Source: Octopus sinensis (taxonomy: Eukaryota). From it: a stretch of DNA of 64,000 nucleotides. Below are positions 51,871-64,000 of this stretch, one piece after another. Made by a program: the position numbers and the translations under genes. Position 1 is the stretch's first letter. Every line of letters starts with the position of its first letter. The notes under the pieces are model-generated. The model was given only the letters and a program-made list of their open reading frames with translations, was not told where the DNA came from and searched no databases. The stretch covers positions 49,166,001-49,230,000 of the forward strand of contig NC_043004.1 in the NCBI RefSeq assembly GCF_006345805.1, in the 5' to 3' direction.

Positions 51871-51971
51871 GGCGATAACCGTTTCTCCTCGGTATAGTTA
51901 CTGCTTTCATCTCTTATAGAGATTTTCTCAACTAGCTAATTTGCTTGTTATATGGAATATATATTATATAT

Positions 51972-52029
<58 letters not shown>

Positions 52030-52146
52030 ATATCACGTGATCACGTGACCGACAAGACCATCAGATGTTGTTACACATCGCTGGTCACAATGCGTTCGCA
52101 TTGTTTTAGCCTTCGAATGACGCCACCCCGCTGGCTAAGCGAGCAG

Positions 52147-52200
<54 letters not shown>

Positions 52201-52869
52201 GTATATTTATCAATGTGTGTGTGTGTGTGTGTGTGTGCAGTTGCAAAGTGTGAGAACCCTTTTTATTACACTAAACAATCCGAGCCAACTCATATCACTA
52301 TCAGACATCTCAATTTCTCTTTCCACTCATTATCTCTCTCTTTCACTCTCTCTCTCTTTATCTCTCTCTCTCTCTCTATCTCTCACAACTCACACACATA
52401 CACAACACACACACACACACACACACACATACAGAGTCTCTCACACACGGAATCCCCCATTGACGGAAACCTTTTAACTATCAACCCATCGTCCCTTCTT
52501 TACATTTCTCAAATTTGATGGAAGCAGTTTTAAAAACATCAACTGTTTTATCAGCCCATGTTCCTCTATCTCATCAACGATCGCCAGTATAATTACTGTT
52601 GAGCTAGATCTACAGAAACTTTGCTCTTTAGGTCATATACCGATCGTCTTTTGTACTTGAAAACTTCGGCGAATGCACAATGCTGTTATTCTCACTCGCC
52701 AGTGTCTGGCATAAAAAAAATCTATCGAGTTACTCGTCACTCCTTTCTCACCAGTTGGAACGAAATTCTTGAACAAAACTGCTCTACCGTAGGGTTTACT
52801 GCTGCATCGTGTTGCACTTGAGAATTCGGTTATGTCTTGTAAACGGTTTCTTCTGTATATTCATAACCT

Positions 52870-53367
52870 CAAAACTTGCTTTTAATCACACACGCATGCA
52901 CATACATACATACATACATACATACATACATACATACATACATACATACATGCATGCAAAGATACATACATACATACATGCATACATGCATACATACATA
53001 CATACATACATACATGCATACATACATACATACATACATACATAATACATACACACATACATACACACACATACATACATACATGCATACATACATACAT
53101 GCATACATACATACATGCATACATACATACATACATGCATGCATACATACATGCATACATACATACATGGTGGCTGTCCCTCGTTATCGAGTATGGCCAA
53201 AACTTGCTTTTAATCACACACGCATGCACATACATACATACATACATACATACACACATACATACACACACACATACATACATACATACATACATACATA
53301 CATACATACATACATACATACATACATACATACATGGTGGCTTCCCCCTCGTTATCGAGTATGGCCA
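52870..53367. repeat. Tandem duplication of a unit containing a (TACA)n tract
   Basis: CAAAACTTGCTTTTAATCACACACGCATGC...CCCTCGTTATCGAGTATGGCC occurs twice (starting 52870 and 53198). Confidence 0.9.
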
Positions 53368-54009
53368 TTGCACGAAGCTTAATCAATGTTGTTATCGTGC
53401 AATGCTTGTGCAAGAAGATTTTTTTTAAGTGAGGAAAGGCTGTGCACTGACTCAATCCCAGTCACTAAACAACAGCAGCCATAATCCGAAAAGAAGAACA
53501 AGTCAACATCATCGGTAACCACTGAGCCGCAGGTTTTATGTCGGAGTTATCCCAGTTACCTTCTCCTAGAAGGATGCCCTAACAAAGGCTAGGAGTCCTT
53601 CACTCCCAATGATTTAACCGCGCGATCGGGTATTCAGTCCGATTATTTCTATATCCCTGCGCATGATACAGCCTTAAGACATTTATTGGATGGCCGTTGA
53701 CTCTCAAGAGTTCCTCCGCCCTTTGGTGGGTTTTGTTTTTCATCCCGCAGAGTGTCCAATAACCACCCTCCTCATACATACATACATATATACATACATA
53801 CATACATACATACATACACACACACACATGCATACATACATACATACATACATACGTACGTACGTACGTACGTACATACATACATACATACATACATACA
53901 TACATACATACATACATACATACATACATACATACATACATACATACATACATACATACATACATACATACATACATAACATAACATAATAACTAACAAA
54001 CGAATGGAC

Positions 54010-54231
54010 GCCCTCCGCTTCTATGAACAGCGATTTCAAAAATATTCTTCAGTTGTTAGACGGTATCATAGTCACTTTCAACCACATAGACACAATAGCT
54101 ACACGTACCAAGGAGACCTTGCCCTCCGCTTCTATGAACAGCGATTTCAAAAATATTCTTCAGTTGTTAGATGGTATCATAGTCACTTTCAACCACATAG
54201 ACTCAATAGCTACACGTACCAAGGAGACCTT
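54010..54231 (+). repeat. 111-bp tandem duplication, possibly within a decayed hAT transposase C-terminus
   Basis: GCCCTCCGCTTC...GGAGACCTT twice with 2 mismatches; peptides DFKNILQLLDGII and LQSMMISQ...EKYV weakly recall hAT dimerisation domains. Confidence 0.7.
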
Positions 54232-56872
54232 CGAAAGCTAGTTCTACAGTCTATGATGATTTCTCAGAGTGAAGGACTTCAGGAACATAAGATCGAGAAA
54301 TATGTATTCCAAAGAACTTGGAATATTTATTGTTCTCGCGAAACCTTTGTTAATTTAGAATATTTACTTGTATCAGGAAGGTCAAAGTCTTGAGTTTGAC
54401 AAAAAGAAAGTGTCACTAAATCTGCTGCCTGTATTGGAATGAAAATAATTTACTGATAATTATCTAGTCGTATGAATTTGAACCAACAATATTTTGAATG
54501 AGAATTCATACTACTATTGCACTAGAAGATAAAATATACAAAAAGTGAGCTAACTCAAACAATGAACTATTCAAAGAATATGATTTTATAAACAAACAAA
54601 AATATGCTCTTGCCGGGAGAGCTCTTCCATTTACTTTCGTAAATTGGTATGTTTATAATGTTTTGAGGGCGGCGAGCTTGCAGAAACGTTAGCACGTCGG
54701 GCGAAATGCTTAGCGGTATTTCGTCTGCCGTTACGTTCAAATTCCGCCGAGGTCGACTTTGCCTTTCATCCTTTCGGGTCGATAAATTAAGTACCAGTTG
54801 CGCACAGGGGTCGATGTAATCGACTTAATACCTATGTCTATCCTTATTTGTCCCCTCTATGTTTAGCCCCTTGTGGGTAATAAAGAAACAGGTATGTTTA
54901 TAAAGTTTTGTGTACTTCTATTTGACTCGTTTCTCATTACTAAGAGATCCCCTCCTTCTAGCAAGCTACTATACTTAGTAAGCTTTATATGCAATACCCA
55001 ACCGAATAATGTACGAAAGCAAAGTCTCTATAAATAGCTTGCTGTCTCTTTTCAAAGCTAAAGAGTCGTCCATATTATCGTAGGTCTAACACATCTGGGT
55101 TGATACTGATATTACGAAACCAAGCATGCAAACAAAGGGACGCTCAACTGATTGGTAAATATTCGTTCACTATATTGTTACAATTACTAGTTCCTCCAAT
55201 ATGTAGTTTTTTCGGCTCATAACATAACGGATTCGGATCCTTTGATATAGTATGATGGGTACTAGTCTCCACTTTTTTAAAACTTTTATCACCTTTACTG
55301 TTCCTCTCACGATTCTGAGTTAAAATTCCGCCGAGGCCGACTTTGCCTTCCATCCTTTCGAGGTTGATAAAATAAGTACCAGTGGAGTACTGGGGTCGAT
55401 GTAATCGACTTAACTCCTTCCCGAAATTGCAGTCCTTGTGACAAAATGTGAAACCAATATTATAAAGTAAAAGTTAACATTTTATAAAAAATATAATCCT
55501 CGATTATTGACACATTTCCGCCATCTTGATCAATCTATATGCATATCATTTAATCTTAATTAATTATAACTAATCCTTTCGAAGTAAATTAAATCAAAAA
55601 CCAATCTGGCTGTCACCGGTTCGAACAAAACACTTTGCTACTTAACACTGCAGCCATCTGGTATCAACTACGGAAGTTCGAGCTGACCGTCAAGGAAGAT
55701 TTCTTATTTCTTTATTGCCCACAATGAGCTAAACATAGAGGGGACAAACAAGGATAGACAAACGGATTAAGTCGATTACATCGACCCCAGTGCATAACTG
55801 GTACTTAATTTATCGGCCCCGAAAGGATGAAAGGCAAAGTCGACCTCGGCGAAATTTGAACTCAGAACGTAACGGCAGACGAAATACGGCAACGCATTTC
55901 GCCCGGCGTGCTAACGTTTCTGCCAGCTCGCCGCCTTTTACCGTGAAGGAAGGTTTGTAAACGCCATGAGCGTTACTCCTTTAATTTTTTTTATCTGTTT
56001 CAGCCGGTGGATTGTGACCATGCCTAGGCACCATTTTGTGTATTTATGGCTAAATAATTTACCAAGAGACGCTCTATAGCTAGAGATCAATAAGTAATTC
56101 ATAGCAATATAGAGGGGCATTATTTTATGTGCAATTCGAAAATGTTACATCATTCACTTTAAATGTAGGATTTTAGTTGATTTTTAAAATAAATTAAAAG
56201 GATGTTAGTTTTAAAATTTATCTATAATTGATTGAAAGTGCCCTGGAGGCAATTTTCGGCAAATTTTGCTCAGAATCGAGTTAAAATCTTACCACTATAA
56301 TGAGCGGTTTTTATAAATCTTGCTACGGTCAATATCTAACTGTTACTAGTCAGTAGTCTATCGGATTCAGTTTATAGCATTCCACCTGGTATTTAGCATT
56401 TTTATGATTCGATTCGAACAGGTTGAATCATTAATAAACCGACTTTTATTTTACATAATTTTAGGAATATAAGCAATTGCTTCCTCGGATTGATTCAAGT
56501 GGCAGGACAGTCGTAGATTGCTCAATATAACAAGATAGTTGGATGCCATATTGCATGTATTATCATATTTATTTCATCTGATTCCATTCAAATGAGGGGT
56601 AATTGTTCTCTGCCGATATTCAGGCAATAAACTGAGAGAAATTCTTGCATGAAAGTATTAAGACGGGATTTTCTGTGGTTGTAGTATTTGACACTTAATT
56701 CCGGTTCTTATGTTAAGAATTTCAAGGGATACCAATAATTCACAGAAACCTACACCGCCTTAAAGAAGCAAGTTTCAATACGAACAAATGAGATACTGAT
56801 AGTATTTGACCATTAATTACATTATTTACATTATTTATATTTGACGGATATTTGTCCTCATCTTGTTTGTTA

Positions 56873-56916
56873 ACACAACGTTTCGGCTGATACACCCTCC
56901 AGACTTCATCAGGTAT
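56873..56916 (-). ncRNA. Minimal hammerhead ribozyme in a retroelement 3' end
   Basis: Minus strand ATAC-CTGATGA-A-GTCTG-gagggtgtat-CAGCC-GAAA-C-GTT-GTGT; followed by a short AATGTAAAT-type tail (~56812-56845). Confidence 0.65.
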
Positions 56917-58985
56917 TTTGGGGAAATTTTTAACCCGGGTTTTCATTCCTAAGGTATTTTTTAATGTTGTTGTTGTTGTTGTTATTATTAAGGCGGCGAG
57001 CTGGCAGAATCGTTAGCACGCCGCGCGAAATGCTAAGCGATATTTCGTCTGCCGCTTCGTTCTGAGTTCAAATTCCGCCAAGCTCGACTTTGCTTTACAT
57101 CCTTTCGGGGTCGATAAATCAAGTATCAATTGAGCACTGTGGTCGATATGATCGACTTTCCCCTCCCCACAAAATCCAGCAGTAGAAAGGATTATTATTG
57201 TGCCTATAGTAGAAAGGATTATTATTGTTGTTGTTGGCTGTTATCGTGGCAAGACTTGTTGGATAGTGATCTAAATATTTTTCGTGAATATTTTTTCTCT
57301 GCTCTATAGTCTGAAGCGAATAATTTTTTATATTTTTTATGAACTACACTCAGAATGAATTATTTTTATTTAACAGTAGTATAAAAAGTGCATAATTTTA
57401 CATTAATTTTCATTCTTTTTTTTTTTGTGTGGTGAGTTATTTAATTTTTTTCTCTTTTTTTTTTAACATGGCATCTGTGAGAGTTGTCGACAGTGGTGAC
57501 TCCAACAATTGTGGGAAAGCGTTCCAGACACAGAGGAGGAAAAAAAAAACGCCGCCTCCCACAAATACAAATTATTGAAGTGACATTCGAAATAAAAGAT
57601 TATAGACTCGGACGTGAACAGTGACGGCGCCTTTAGTGTCAGATTTAACAACACATTAGACGTGGGTAACGTTCACGAAAGAAAGTAAAACAAACAGAGA
57701 AATAAATAGCAGCATCAGCAGTAACAGCGTGAGCCAGAGTAATAATATTTGCCAAGGTAGACGTACTCAAAAAGAGATAGACTTGCAAGAAACTGTGCAG
57801 AGAAGGAAATAAAAGACTCGAAGTATGTCGCAAGGGATCATGCCTCGATATTGGGAATTAATTGAGAAAAGGAGCAGGTACTTGGTGTGATATCTCTGCT
57901 CTTCCCAAGTACTACTTTATTAAGTAAGATCCTACATACCACTCAGAGGAGATTTTGAAGACGTGTGTGGCAAGATGTGTTCCCGATGTGTGATGTGGAT
58001 GTGTGCCCGATGTGTGGCCCGATGTGTGACAAGAAATTGAGCACATCGGATGAGGCCAGGGTTAGGGTACCAAAAGCCAGGCTTTAAAGATGGAGAGGGA
58101 GACAAAATGGCCGTCGGCACTGGCGAAGCACGTCATGAGGTCCATATGCTTATGCCTCAGTTATGGGGCAAAAGAAGGCGAGAGTAGCAGTCATAAGGAG
58201 CCACTTGGTCTATTAGCTTAGCCTGCTTCTTCATCCTCCCCAGTTTTATACACGAGGCATAGTACCTAATGTATCCTATTCACTCACCAGGGAAGACCTC
58301 TCTCTCTCCACACATCGGTGAGGTCTATCAACAAACGTTCTTTTGAGGACACAAATAAAAACCATGCCACTTACAAAGTGCACAAATGAGCCACTTCCCT
58401 CCTTTGTTGTACATGTATGATAGCTTCAAGCAAAAACGCGCCTCTTTTGATTTCATATTACTGATAACCTGTTTTTCTTTCTTTTTTTTTTTACAACTGG
58501 ATGGTCCATATCTAGCCATCATTTGAGAGGTAATATTTCCATATTTGCTACAGTTATTTATTTTTTTTGTTTAGCAAAATGTGAGTGCGAATGTTATCAA
58601 ATGAGTCGTTGGAATTGTCCATTTTAATGTTATTCTCTACAGAATCATCATTATTTTTTTCTTTTAAACTGTGTTTTTCTACAAAATATTCTCATGTAGT
58701 TTTTTCTCTCTTTTTCTATCTCAATGAATTTACATTAATGGCCATTATTTTTGTTTAGGTGGGTGTTTGGTGTAACCATATTATGCATATGTGTAGGAAA
58801 ATGAGAAAAAATAAAAACAAAATTGTCTAAAAACACAATTTTAGTTTAAAACACAATTTAGTGTAACCCATGTATGGACAGACTTTCAAATCAAATTGTT
58901 GAAGATTTCCCTATATAAAATAAATTTTTAAAAATATTATTCCATACAGCTTCACTTCATAATTCCAAAATCTTTAAGAGATATG

Positions 58986-59401
58986 GGATCTTTTCGGTTT
59001 GAACGGCAGTTTTTAGCATAATTTCTAGGTAACTAAAAAAATTTAAACTTCGTATACTAGTAGAATGTGTTTATAAAACATCTTTTTCTTTTGGCTTTAT
59101 TGAGAAGATTCTATAGTTTGTAAGATATTTGTTGTTTTTTTTTCTTCAATTTCTGCAATTTCAACCAATCAATTACGTCCATTGAGGTAAAAAAAACATT
59201 CTGTGCCGTATGAATGAATATATCCCTCGTTTAAGAAACAGATTGGGTTTATTTACATCTGTGAAGAAAAAAAGATACCCTTCCCCCCACCCCTAACCCT
59301 AACCCTAAAACAGATTGAAATGCAATACTAGGGTCTTAATTATGGGTGACAATTTCATATGACACCGCTAGAAAAAACTGCCGTTCAAACCGAAAAGATC
59401 C
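58986..59401 (-). mobile_element. Merlin-like MITE, copy 3 (inverted)
   Basis: Same TIRs and body; perfect 8-bp TSD GAGATATG (58978-58985 / 59402-59409). Confidence 0.92.
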
Positions 59402-59409
59402 GAGATATG

Positions 59410-59715
59410 CAATACTGGTGATATTCTGACCAATAAACTAAATATTGTGGGGAAAATTACATGTTGATCCAAGAAGAATGCAATATCTCTGAAAATATTC
59501 GAAACGTTAAATACAAGGATCTTCAAGTAGAGATTTCAGAAATGTGGCATCTAAGAACGACAACTATACCTGTGATCATCGGGGGTTTGTGGCTAATATT
59601 AAATGGCGCTTTTAAGTACCATGATAAAATGCCAAGAAATGCAAAAGTATCGGGACTACAAAGAATTGTTGTCATGGGTACAGCCCACATAATAAGAAAA
59701 ACACTATCAACCTGA
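59410..59715 (+). pseudogene. C-terminal restriction-like endonuclease region of an R4/Dong-type non-LTR retroelement
   Basis: KYKDLQVEISEMWHLRTTTIPVIIGGL...LQRIVVMGTAHIIRKTL matches the KYxDLxxEIxxMW...PVVIGALG...LQKxxxxGTAHI pattern. Confidence 0.8.
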
Positions 59716-59904
59716 GAAAATTTGATTTTGAAAAAGATTATTCAAAATAGCAAATATTACAACAAATTTTTAGTATTTGATCTCCTTTCCCTGAAGATGT
59801 AATACGTCGAACTTACTGTTTCTTGGGCTCTCTGGTTGAGATTTTGGAACGGCTCATACAACAGAAAGCAACAACAGCCACGAAAACAACAACAAACACT
59901 AAAA

Positions 59905-60550
59905 TAATGGCTTCAAATTTTGGCACATGGGTGGCATTTTCAAGGGGAGGGGTTAAGTCAATTATATCGATCCCAGTACTCAACTGGTGCTTATTTTACC
60001 GACCCTGAAAGAATGAAAGGGCAAAGTCGATCTCGGTGGAATTTGAACGCGGAACATAGTACGGACGAAATGCTGCTAAACATTTTATCCGGCGTGTTAA
60101 CGATTCTGCCAGCACGCCACCTTAATAATTCTTTCTACTAAAGGCACAAGACCTGAAATTGGGGTGGGGGCTAGTCGATTACATCGACTCCAGTGTTTCA
60201 CTGGTAGTTAATTTATAACCCCGAAAGGATGAAAGGCAAAGTCGACGTCAGCGGAATTTGAACTCAAAACGTAAGGATGTCTGAAATGCCGCTAAGCATT
60301 TTTCCCGGAGTGCTAACGATTCTGCTAGCTTGCCACCTTAATAATAATAAGAAGAAGATTCTTTCTACTATAGGCACTAGGCCTGAAAGTTGGGGGAGGA
60401 GATAATTCGATTACATCGACTCCTGTAGTTCTTATTTGGTGAAAGGCAAAGTCGACCGCGACTGAATTTGAACGCGGAACGTAAAGACGAGTGAAATGCC
60501 AGTAAGTATTTTGCCTAGTGTGCTAACGATTCTACCAGCTCGCCGCCTTA
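59905..60550 (-). mobile_element. Three tandem decayed family-A SINEs
   Basis: Three successive copies, each ending CGCC.CCTTAATAAT on the + strand. Confidence 0.8.
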
Positions 60551-61158
60551 ATAATAATAATAATCTTTGTCTTTGCTCTCAAAATGTGCTCACAGAGGGA
60601 GTGTTAAGGTCTCTAAATTCAGAATGGAATAAATTATATGGAAAGAAAAGAAGGAAGACAAAAATGAAGGAATGAAGGAAAGAAGCCAGGAAGGTAAAGT
60701 TAAAACTAGTGAATTTAGCAAATTTGTTAGTGTTTCGTGTGTAATAAGTGTTGTATTACAGAGACTGATTGTAGTGAAAGCTAGCGGTGGGAGAGAGAGA
60801 AAGAGAGAGAAGCTGTAAGTTGACAAAAAACGACACTGGATTTGGGGTCTCGATTAGGAGGCATTGACCTAGTTGTCGTCTCCAGCGAAAATGCTTTAGA
60901 TTTCTCCTTCCTCTAACCCCCATCACCTCACTTCTACTCCTCCACTTATTTCTAGTGATGTGGGAGAAACCGTATGGAATATTCTGACGAAATATCTCCA
61001 GTCTGGTATGTAGTTTTAGTTATGTTCGTAGAAACAGCAAGGTTTCGTACTGATATACAGAAGCGGTTGCCGCCGTCGCCGCCGTCGTCGTCGTCGTAGT
61101 CTGAGTGGTGGCTATAGTAGTAGTAGTAGTAGTAGTAGTAGTGTTTTTATTGTTGTTG

Positions 61159-61193
<35 letters not shown>

Positions 61194-61509
61194 AATGGTA
61201 TTTCTAACGTAATGTGTTGTAGTTTAACCCTTATCAACTCGGATTAAGTCGACCTGTGAAGAAATATATTCCAGCTGTGACCCTCTTTTCGTATACAAGA
61301 GACTCACTACATCGCTCTTAATTTCTTAAGACTACCCAGGCTGTAGTGGCTGCCTGGGTAGTGTTCAAAGCGGGGTTATTAGTGATGGTAGTAATAATAT
61401 TCGTGTTGTTTATGTTGTTGCCTAACGTTAATGTTCCGTTCTTCAAACCTTTATCATCCTTGATTGAGTGGACATATAACAAAAGGCATTCTATACATGA
61501 TCCTGACCT

Positions 61510-62355
61510 CGTCTTCAGAATTCATATTTTCCCGCCCAAATGCTTCTGAAGACTGTAAAATAGATGATAATCAGATGGGGCAATGTCCGGCGAATATGGT
61601 GGCTAGGGCATCGTTTCCCACTCAAATTGCTCCAGCCTTTGGAATGCCATCCTCGCTGTATGTGGCCGAGCATTATCCTGACGTAAGAACACCTCTCGTC
61701 TTGAAACCAAAGATGGTCTTTTTTCTCAAGCTGTTCTCAGTAAGTGTTTGTTATCTTTTGGTTTGGGTTTAAAGTTTGAAGTGAATTAAACCTTTCATAT
61801 CCCACCAAACAGATAACAACACCTCACGTAGGTGAAGACCTTCTTTAGCCTGGGTTGCCGGTGTTTCTCTTTTCCCTTACCCACTATCTTCGGCACTTGA
61901 CATTTTTATAGATAACCCATTTCTCCTCACCAGTCACTATTCGGTCCAAAAAAGGTTCATTCGTGAAACGTGACAGCAAAGAAAAGCATACATTCACACT
62001 CTGGGTGCGATTAGGCTCGGAAAGTTTGTGAAGAATCCATTGACCCAATTTGCTGACTTTTCCAATGGCACACAAGTGCCGATGAATGATTGAATGACCA
62101 AATCCAAGCTTCTCTGCTTGGTCCTTAACAGTTACGAGGGGATTTTGTTCCACCAGTGTTTGCAGGACGTCCTCGTCGAGCTCTGCAGAACTTCCAGGAT
62201 GAGGCTCGTCTTCTAGGCTGTAGTTTCTGGCTCGGAATTTCTTGAACGACCGTTGACACTGGGTTACGCTTATTGTCCGATCCTCATATACTGCATTAAT
62301 ATTCTTCGCACTTTCCGTTGCGTCGTTGTCTTTATTGAACTCATAAAGCAAAATA
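61510..62355 (-). pseudogene. Mariner transposase pseudogene (second family)
   Basis: LYEFNK..SLEDEPHPG..GQWILHKL..FLDRIVTGEEKWVIYKN, then QDNARPH and PPYSPDIAPSDYHLF downstream; interrupted by stops; 5' end replaced by a SINE fragment. Confidence 0.92.
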
Positions 62356-62591
62356 TGCCCATGGTCCCACGCAGTGGGACTGAACTCGGAACCATGTATT
62401 TGGGAAGCAAGCTTGTTACCTCACAGTCATACCTGCACCTGAATTGTTAATACTTCTACAATACACAAAATATTTTAATCCTCTTCATACAATTTCTAAT
62501 AATATTTGATTATAAAAATATATAAAAGGATTTTTTAAACGTCGAATGGCTGTGAGGCTCCAACCAAGTAAAATAGGGATCGAAGGGGTCC

Positions 62592-62795
62592 ATACTCTTT
62601 TACTTGTTTCAGCCATGTGACTGTGGCCATGCTGGAGCACCGCCTTTAGTCGAGCAAATCGACCCAAGGACTTATTCTTTGTAAGCCTAGTACTTATTCT
62701 ATCGGTCTCTTTTGCTGAACCGCTAAGTTACGGGGACGTAAACACACCAGCATCAGTTGTCAAGCGATGTTGGGGGGACAAACACAGACACACAA

Positions 62796-62832
<37 letters not shown>

Positions 62833-62852
62833 ACACACACACACACACACAC

Positions 62853-62905
<53 letters not shown>

Positions 62906-63070
62906 GACAGGCTTCTTTCAGTTTCCGTCTACCAAATCCACTCACAAGGCTTTGGTCGGCCCGAGGCTATACTAGAAGACACTTGCCCAAGATGCCACGC
63001 AGTGGGACTGAACCCGGAACGATGTGGTTGGTAAGCAAGCTACTTACCACACAGCCACTCCTACGCCTAT
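62592..63070 (-). mobile_element. SINE family B, full length, inserted in a hAT-MITE end
   Basis: Flanks rejoin as AGGGGTCCATA|GGCAAAAAATGGTTGAAAACCACTG, similar to 11368-11404. Confidence 0.85.
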
Positions 63071-64000
63071 AGGCAAAAAATGGTTGAAAACCACTGGACA
63101 AAACAGATACAGTAACATAATGAGCACATCATAACACAAAACTATCTTTCTGTGACTGTGGAACACTCCAAGCAATGCGTTGCCTACTGGATTGCCCATT
63201 ATTGAATTTCCATCGATATTTGGATGATAAAATATGAAAATAAAGAAAGAATGTGCACCATTATATAATAATTCGAATTTTGGTACAAGTCCAGCAGTTT
63301 TAAGGAAGGTTGTAAGCCAATTACATCGACGCCAGTGTTAAGCTGGTATTTTATCGACTTCGAAAGGACGAAAGGCTAAGTCGAACTGGGTGCTTTATGA
63401 GCCGGAGGAAAGGCCACTAAATATTTTTACTCGATGCACTAACGATTCTGTTGGCTTGTTACCTTCATCATTGAGCAAAAGTAAATTGATTTGATACAAA
63501 TATGGAAAAGTAATTAATCTCTAGACACACTGGAGACATAACAAAGCAAAAAACAAACAAACAAACAAACAAACAAAAAACACACACAACAAAAAACAAA
63601 TATGTAGCAGTTTGCAGTAAAGACGTTCTTTGGAAATCACTGGCATGGGACACAGAAACTTCACTATAATGGTCTTTTGAGGAGACCTAATCTAAGGATG
63701 ATATCTTTATTGGTAATCAGTGACGGAAGTTACTGGGAAAAACAATAAATATTTGCAAACAGTTCTCCCTTCATTGAAAACCGGTGATTGCCGTACGTTG
63801 ACAAGAGGCAAATACCTCGAAACTGCAGTCCGTGCGTATCACTTAGGTTTACGAGAGAGGGATGACCTCCCTTTGCAAATACCATAATTGCACAGAAAGT
63901 GTGCCTAAAGCCAGCTGGAGACGATGATCTCCTGGGGCTAAAAGCTACAGTAATACCCACCCTTAGTGGTTAGCCATATGGAGATGGCTAGTATACTTTA

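Noticed and set aside
47394-53999. MYVC/HTYI-repeat ORFs
   Set aside because: Translations of (TACA)n/(TATG)n tetranucleotide repeats.

Overview
AT-rich eukaryotic DNA saturated with repeats, most likely intronic or intergenic sequence from an octopus or other cephalopod. The organism call is an inference from the tRNA-derived SINE families and the extreme (TA)n/(CA)n/(TACA)n microsatellite load. No host protein-coding exon, tRNA, rRNA or CRISPR array can be supported; nearly all supplied ORFs are translations of microsatellites or SINEs. Recognisable content: a decayed Penelope-like retroelement (RT + CxCx5Cx5C linker + GIY-YIG) with a hammerhead ribozyme in its 3' region; several other hammerhead-like motifs in Penelope-type termini; two mariner transposase pseudogenes; CR1-, RTE- and R4/Dong-like LINE remnants; three non-autonomous Helitrons; a GG-ended MITE family with 8-bp target-site duplications (Merlin-like) plus a long-TIR relative; pogo- and hAT-type MITEs; dozens of modular SINEs; several long palindromes and local inverted duplications anchored on (TA)n tracts; and one 100-N assembly gap. 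The best leads are the atypical hammerheads, the recurrent SINE concatemer junction, and the (TA)n-anchored fold-back duplications. All alignments were made by eye, so boundaries of decayed elements are approximate.
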